From the NCBI GenBank assembly GCA_963838925.1, contig CAWISW010000003.1, positions 672,001 to 736,000 of the forward strand: a stretch of 64,000 nt of DNA, read 5' to 3'. Under the pieces are notes generated by a model. That model was given only the letters and a program-made list of their open reading frames with translations. It did no database searches and had not been told where the DNA came from. Below are positions 59,501 to 64,000 of this stretch, one piece after another. Position numbers and translations under genes: made by a program. Within the stretch, counting starts at the first letter, position 1. Every line of letters begins with the position of its first letter. The stretch comes from an uncultured Nitrososphaerota archaeon (GTDB taxonomy: Archaea; Thermoproteota; Nitrososphaeria; Nitrososphaerales; Gagatemarchaeaceae).

Positions 59501-59676
59501 TCCGTCTGGATTGTGGCGATGTTCGGGTTGACAAGGATGGAGCGTATCCCCTCCTCCCTGAGGGCCTTGAGGCATTGGCTACCGGAGTAGTCGAAATGGC
59601 GGCCGTCTATTCAACGGCTTTCGCCTGCTTCTCCGATCTTTATTGCCCCGCTGCCCAGGACTAGCGCGCTCTTCAC
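56503..59676 (-). CDS. carB: Carbamoyl-phosphate synthase large subunit; exon 1 = 59620-59676, exon 2 = 56503-59595 (1049 aa if spliced)
   Basis: Spliced N-terminus MKSALVLGSGAIKIGEAGE|FDYSGSQCLKAL...NPNIATIQTD, two ATP-grasp domains; GTG start overlaps the carA TGA. Confidence 0.95.
59596..59619 (-). other. Predicted 24-nt BHB-type (tRNA-like) intron in carB pre-mRNA
   Basis: GGCG-AA^A-GCCGU-UGAAUAG-ACGGC-CGCC-AU^U: 4-bp central helix, two 3-nt bulges, 5-bp intron stem, in-frame UGA. Confidence 0.88.
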
Positions 59677-60848
59677 GCTTTCATGCTTCGAACTCTCTCA
59701 CCTACCGTGCTCTTCCTCTGGGACAGGATCATCTCTGCGAACCTGTCGAAGACGAACTCAGTGTCATAAGGCCCCGGCGCGGCCTCCGGGTGGAACTGGA
59801 CCGCGATCGCGGGCCTGCTCCCGTGGACGAGCCCCTCGACGCTCTTGTCGTCCGCGTTGACGAACCAGGGCTTGAGGTCGGTCTTTGAGAGGCTCTTGGG
59901 GTCCACCGCGTAGCCGTGGTTCTGGCTGGTGACGTACCCCCTCCCCGAGACGAGGTCCACCACGGGCTTGTTCTGCCCCCTGTGACCGTACTTCAGCTTG
60001 TACGTCTCCCCTCCCTGCGACATCCCGAGGACCTGCTCGCCCAAGCATATCCCGAGCACCGGCACCTCCGAGTCGACGAGCCTCGCGGTCGTCTTGACCG
60101 TGTCGGCGCACAGGCGCGGGTCGCCCGGGCCGTTGCTGACTATGACCCCCACCGGGTCGTGCTTCATGACGTCGGCGTACGAGGCGTCGAACGGCATCCT
60201 CACCACAGCGTAGCCCCTCCCGAGCATGTTCCGGATGATGCTCTCCTTGACCCCGCAGTCTATCACGACTATCTTGCTCTCGGCCTCGCCGTAGGTCTCG
60301 GCCTTGCGCACCGAGACGCGCTTCACGTAGTCGACCGAGTCGTACTTCGCGGCCTTTTCGAGGAGCCTCCTCAGCTCCCTCCTGTTCGCCACGTCAGGGC
60401 CGGTGGCCAGGACGCACATCATCACTCCCCTCTCCCTGATCGTCGTGACCAGGGCGCGCGTGTCGACGCCCTCGATCCCCGGGACCCCCTGCCCCTCCAT
60501 CCACTGAGAAAGCGTCTGCACCGACGCCCAGTGGCTGGGCCTCTGGCAATACTCCTGGACAACTATCCCGGTCACCTTGATCCCTCCCGACTCGAAGTAT
60601 CTGGGGAGGTCGAAGACGTCCTTGTCCTGCGGGCTGGGGACTCCGTAGTTGCCGATGAGCGGGTAGGTGAACGTGAGCACCTGCCCCGAGTACGATGGGT
60701 CTGTCATCGACTCGGGATAGCCGACCATCCCCGTGTTGAAGACCAGCTCGCCGACCACGGTCGCCTCGGCTCCGAAACCCTTCCCGGGGAAGAGTGTCCC
60801 GTCCTCTAGAAGCAGAACCGCGGGCCTGCTCCCCTCAGGTTTTTCCAT
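59673..60848 (-). CDS. carA: Carbamoyl-phosphate synthase small subunit
   Basis: LEDGT, FNTGMVGY, TDPSY, SNGPGDP, GICLG and QFHPEA motifs. Confidence 0.96.
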   Translation of the reverse strand: MEKPEGSRPAVLLLEDGTLFPGKGFGAEATVVGELVFNTGMVGYPESMTDPSYSGQVLTFTYPLIGNYGVPSPQDKDVFDLPRYFESGGIKVTGIVVQEYCQRPSHWASVQTLSQWMEGQGVPGIEGVDTRALVTTIRERGVMMCVLATGPDVANRRELRRLLEKAAKYDSVDYVKRVSVRKAETYGEAESKIVVIDCGVKESIIRNMLGRGYAVVRMPFDASYADVMKHDPVGVIVSNGPGDPRLCADTVKTTARLVDSEVPVLGICLGEQVLGMSQGGETYKLKYGHRGQNKPVVDLVSGRGYVTSQNHGYAVDPKSLSKTDLKPWFVNADDKSVEGLVHGSRPAIAVQFHPEAAPGPYDTEFVFDRFAEMILSQRKSTVGERVRSMKA

Positions 60849-60944
60849 AACGCCTCTTAAAGAAGAAAAGTTCCGCTTGTTCCTTTTTTAAAGCCTTTGA
60901 CCAAATTCAGGGCATCCTCTCAAAATCATGGCCAAGAAGCAAAA

Positions 60945-61673
60945 TCACGCTCGCGCGTTCTCCTCGATCCTCTTCCTCTCCTCAGAGATCAGGTCTGTGA
61001 GCGCCGTGAAGGCCTTCCCGACCTCCTTCATCTTCACGACGATGATCGTGTCCGTGTGGCAGCTCACGGTGTCCTCGATGTTGACGTGCCGCCTCGCTAT
61101 CTGGTTGTAGAAGTTGATGAGGCACCCGGGCGTGTTGGTTATCTCCAGTGGGCTCTGGACGATGATCGCGGCGTAGTCGTCCCCCTCCTCGAGTATCGCC
61201 GAGTCGGAGAGCTTGGCCCTGACCTTCTTGTGCAGCTTCTGGTCGAAGATGAGCGTGATGTTGGACAGGCTCTCTGATACGTGAAGGAAGTCCTGCTGGT
61301 GGCTCGCGATTAAGGAGCTCACCACCTCGAGCGTCTTCCGCGTCTTCTCGACCGAGATCTTGGAGACGTTTGTCCTCACGTTGACCACGCTGTCCGCTAT
61401 TATCGCCCTTATCTCGCCGGAGGCCGGGGAGTACGTCCCCTTCAGCCTCTTGAGGGAGGTGATTATGCTCTCCACGTTGACGTCCTTCCCTAGCCGCTCC
61501 TTGATCCTGGGCTGGAGCATCCTCGATATCGCGCTGACGTTGGCGTAGTCCCTCGCCAGTGCGTCCTGGATGGAGAGGTCGTAGCTGATCTCGTCCCTGA
61601 CCGCCGCGATTATAGCGCCCGGAGTGACCGATTTCGTGTCAAGAGCACCCTGAATTGGGACGTTGCTGGCCAA
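60945..61673 (-). CDS. ACT domain-containing putative regulator
   Basis: ALARDYANVSAISR N-terminus; C-terminal ACT (TPGCL...INIEDTVSCHTDTI). Confidence 0.8.
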   Translation of the reverse strand: MASNVPIQGALDTKSVTPGAIIAAVRDEISYDLSIQDALARDYANVSAISRMLQPRIKERLGKDVNVESIITSLKRLKGTYSPASGEIRAIIADSVVNVRTNVSKISVEKTRKTLEVVSSLIASHQQDFLHVSESLSNITLIFDQKLHKKVRAKLSDSAILEEGDDYAAIIVQSPLEITNTPGCLINFYNQIARRHVNIEDTVSCHTDTIIVVKMKEVGKAFTALTDLISEERKRIEENARA

Positions 61674-61709
61674 AATCTATAAAAGGATTTCAGAGCCGGT
61701 CCAAAAATC

Positions 61710-62966
61710 TTGAAGCAAAAGATAGTGCTGGCCTACTCTGGAGGGCTGGACACTTCCGTCTCGATAAAGTGGCTCCAGGAGAAGTTCGGCGCAGACGTCA
61801 TCACGCTCACGCTCAACCTTGGCCAGCTCGAGGACTTTCGCGAGATCGAGGAGAGGGCCTACTCGACGGGGGCGGTCAAGCACTTCCAGATGGACGTCCG
61901 GGAGGAGTTCGTCGCAGGCTACGTCAACCCCTCGATAAAGGCCAACGGCATGTACCAGGGGAAGTATCCCCTCGCGACCGCGCTCGGGCGTCCCCTCATC
62001 GCCACCAAGCTCGTGGAGGTGGCTGAGAGCGAGGGGGCGTACGCAGTCGCCCACGGCTGCACCGGAAAGGGCAACGACCAGGTGAGGATGGACGTAACCG
62101 TGCGCTCGCTCAACCCCAGCATCAAGGTGATCGCCCCGGTACGAGAGTGGAACATGAGCCGGGACAACGAGATCATCTACGCGAAGAAGCACGGGATCAA
62201 CATAAAGCCGAAGAAGTCGATCTTCAGCACCGACCAGAACCTGTGGGGGCGGTCGATAGAGAGCGGGCCCCTGGAGGACCCGGAGACCGAGCCGCCCGCC
62301 AGCGCCTTCGAGTGGGTCTCGCCCGTCGACGCGGCGCCGGCCGCCGCCGGCCACCTCGAGATAGGCTTCGAGAGGGGCGTGCCCGTCTCGCTCAACGGGC
62401 GGAAGCTCGATGGAGTGGAACTCATCCGGCAGGTCAACGAGTTCGCGGGAAAGCACGCCTACGGGATTGTGGACCACATCGAGGACCGGCTCGTTGGGAT
62501 AAAGTCCCGCGAGGTCTACGAGTGCCCTGGGGCCCTCTCTATCATAGAGGCGCACAGGGACCTGGAGCAGCTCGTGCTCACCCGGAACGAGCTCGCGTTC
62601 AAGGCCTCCGTCGAGCGGGAGTGGTCATGGCTCGTCTACTCGGGCCTCTGGATGGAGCCCCTTCGCTTCGACCTCGACAGCTTCATCGAGAAGACCCAGC
62701 GGAGGGTGACGGGGCGGGTCAAGCTCAAGTTCCACAAGGGCAGCATGAGGGTCGTCGGCAGGTCGTCGCCGAACTCCCTCTACCGCCTGAAGCTATCGAC
62801 CTACTCCAAGGAGTCGACCTTCGACCAGAACTCGGCGGTCGGCTTCATCGAGCTCTGGGGCCTTCAGTCTCGCACGGCGGCCAACGCGATCGCGCCACGG
62901 AAGGGCGCGGACGGGGGAACAACACGTGGACAACATACTAAGAGGAAGCAGAGTCAAGCGCTCTAG
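61710..62966 (+). CDS. argG: Argininosuccinate synthase
   Basis: LAYSGGLDTS, AHGCTGKGNDQVR, DQNLWGRS and GIKSREVYE motifs. Confidence 0.97.
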   Translation: MKQKIVLAYSGGLDTSVSIKWLQEKFGADVITLTLNLGQLEDFREIEERAYSTGAVKHFQMDVREEFVAGYVNPSIKANGMYQGKYPLATALGRPLIATKLVEVAESEGAYAVAHGCTGKGNDQVRMDVTVRSLNPSIKVIAPVREWNMSRDNEIIYAKKHGINIKPKKSIFSTDQNLWGRSIESGPLEDPETEPPASAFEWVSPVDAAPAAAGHLEIGFERGVPVSLNGRKLDGVELIRQVNEFAGKHAYGIVDHIEDRLVGIKSREVYECPGALSIIEAHRDLEQLVLTRNELAFKASVEREWSWLVYSGLWMEPLRFDLDSFIEKTQRRVTGRVKLKFHKGSMRVVGRSSPNSLYRLKLSTYSKESTFDQNSAVGFIELWGLQSRTAANAIAPRKGADGGTTRGQHTKRKQSQAL

Positions 62967-64000
62967 CAGGAAGGCAAGCGACTTCACGTCATCGGTCAGC
63001 TTCGACGGCCCGCTGAGCCGACACGTGGTGGCCATCAACAAGGCCCACATGCTCTCGCTGATGCGCTCGCGCGAGGTGGGGAAGAAGGAGGGGGTGGCCT
63101 GCCTCCAATTCCTCGACAAGCTCCCCGAGCGCATGAAGGTCGACCCCTCCACCGAGGACGTCCACCACTGGCTCGAGCAGAAGGCCGTCGCAACTATCGG
63201 GATGGACGCCGCCGGCTACCTGAACCTAGGGAAGAGCAGGAACGACCAGGTCGCGACCGCCCTCCGGATGGAGACCCGAGGCCGGGTGCTCCAGCTCCTC
63301 GAGGAGGGAAAGTCCCTCGAGACGTCGCTGGTGCGCGTCATGGCCCGCTACGGCCAGCTCCCGCTCCCAGGCTACACCCACCTCCAGCGCGCGCAGCCGA
63401 CCACCGTCGGCCACCACATGCAGTCGCACTTCGAGGCCACAGCAGAGGACACCGAGCGCCTGACGCAGCTCTACGGGCGCGTTAACCTCTCCCCCATGGG
63501 GGCGGCGGCGTTCGCGGGCACCTCCGTGAAGGTGGACCGGGCCTTGGTCGCAGGCTTGCTAGGGTTCGACGGCCTCGTCAACAACTCCATGTTCGCGGTC
63601 TCCTCGCGGAGCTTCGTCCTCGAGACCCTCGCAGACCTGGAGATCCTCATGGTCGACCTCAGCAAGATCGCGGAGGAGCTCATCCTGTGGAGCTCGAGCG
63701 AGTTCGGCTTCGTCGAGCTAGGCGACGAGTACTCCGCCACGAGCAGCATCATGCCCCAGAAGAAGAACCCGGTCGTGGCCGAGACCATCCGCGCGAAGTG
63801 CGGCTCGGTGATAGGGGAGGCCACGGCGGCCTTCACGATAGCCAAGGCGCTGCCCAACGCGTACAACCTCGACCTCCAGGAGATCACGCCGCACCTCTGG
63901 CGGGCCCTCGACGACGCCACCTCGTCCGTCTCGCTCATGGCGGGGATGCTCGCCACCGCCGAGTTCCAGGGAGGGAAGCTCAAGGACGCGGTCGCCGGGG
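62926..64000 (+). CDS. argH: Argininosuccinate lyase (partial, runs off the right edge of the window)
   Basis: Manually translated from GTG 62926: EDVH, GKSRNDQVAT, PGYTHLQRAQP and SSIMPQKKNP motifs. Confidence 0.93.
   Translation, partial: MDNILRGSRVKRSSRKASDFTSSVSFDGPLSRHVVAINKAHMLSLMRSREVGKKEGVACLQFLDKLPERMKVDPSTEDVHHWLEQKAVATIGMDAAGYLNLGKSRNDQVATALRMETRGRVLQLLEEGKSLETSLVRVMARYGQLPLPGYTHLQRAQPTTVGHHMQSHFEATAEDTERLTQLYGRVNLSPMGAAAFAGTSVKVDRALVAGLLGFDGLVNNSMFAVSSRSFVLETLADLEILMVDLSKIAEELILWSSSEFGFVELGDEYSATSSIMPQKKNPVVAETIRAKCGSVIGEATAAFTIAKALPNAYNLDLQEITPHLWRALDDATSSVSLMAGMLATAEFQGGKLKDAVAG

Noticed and set aside
59610-59614. Selenocysteine insertion or stop read-through at the TGA in carB
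   Set aside because: Read-through would leave an 8-residue insertion in a highly conserved motif; the BHB geometry explains the insert to the nucleotide

Overview
GC-rich archaeal chromosome segment. The gene set and order (Cdc6, RFC-L/RFC-S, GINS-MCM-Hel308, DGGGP synthase, splicing endonuclease, carAB, argGH) suggest Nitrososphaerota/Thaumarchaeota; this is an inference. About 60 CDS and one tRNA-Arg(TCG) are present. The main finding is that carB is interrupted after codon 19, inside the conserved GEAGE|FDYSG motif, by a 24-nt insert (59596-59619) that carries an in-frame TGA. The insert folds into a canonical bulge-helix-bulge (BHB) motif whose standard cleavage positions restore the ORF exactly, which points to a tRNA-type intron in a metabolic protein-coding gene. 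Other findings: (i) a lower-GC island 3' of tRNA-Arg, divided by three ~50-55 bp repeats that end in tRNA 3'-end-like sequence, with no integrase in the window; (ii) a putative SipW-type filament operon of two paralogous secreted proteins and a dedicated signal peptidase; (iii) several genes whose coding-like N-termini could only start at ACG or CTG; (iv) a 522-aa Ser-initiated LAGLIDADG+HTH intein in MCM; (v) a pentameric ligand-gated ion channel; (vi) a +1 frameshifted MMPL transporter. All family calls are from motif recognition by eye, not database searches.
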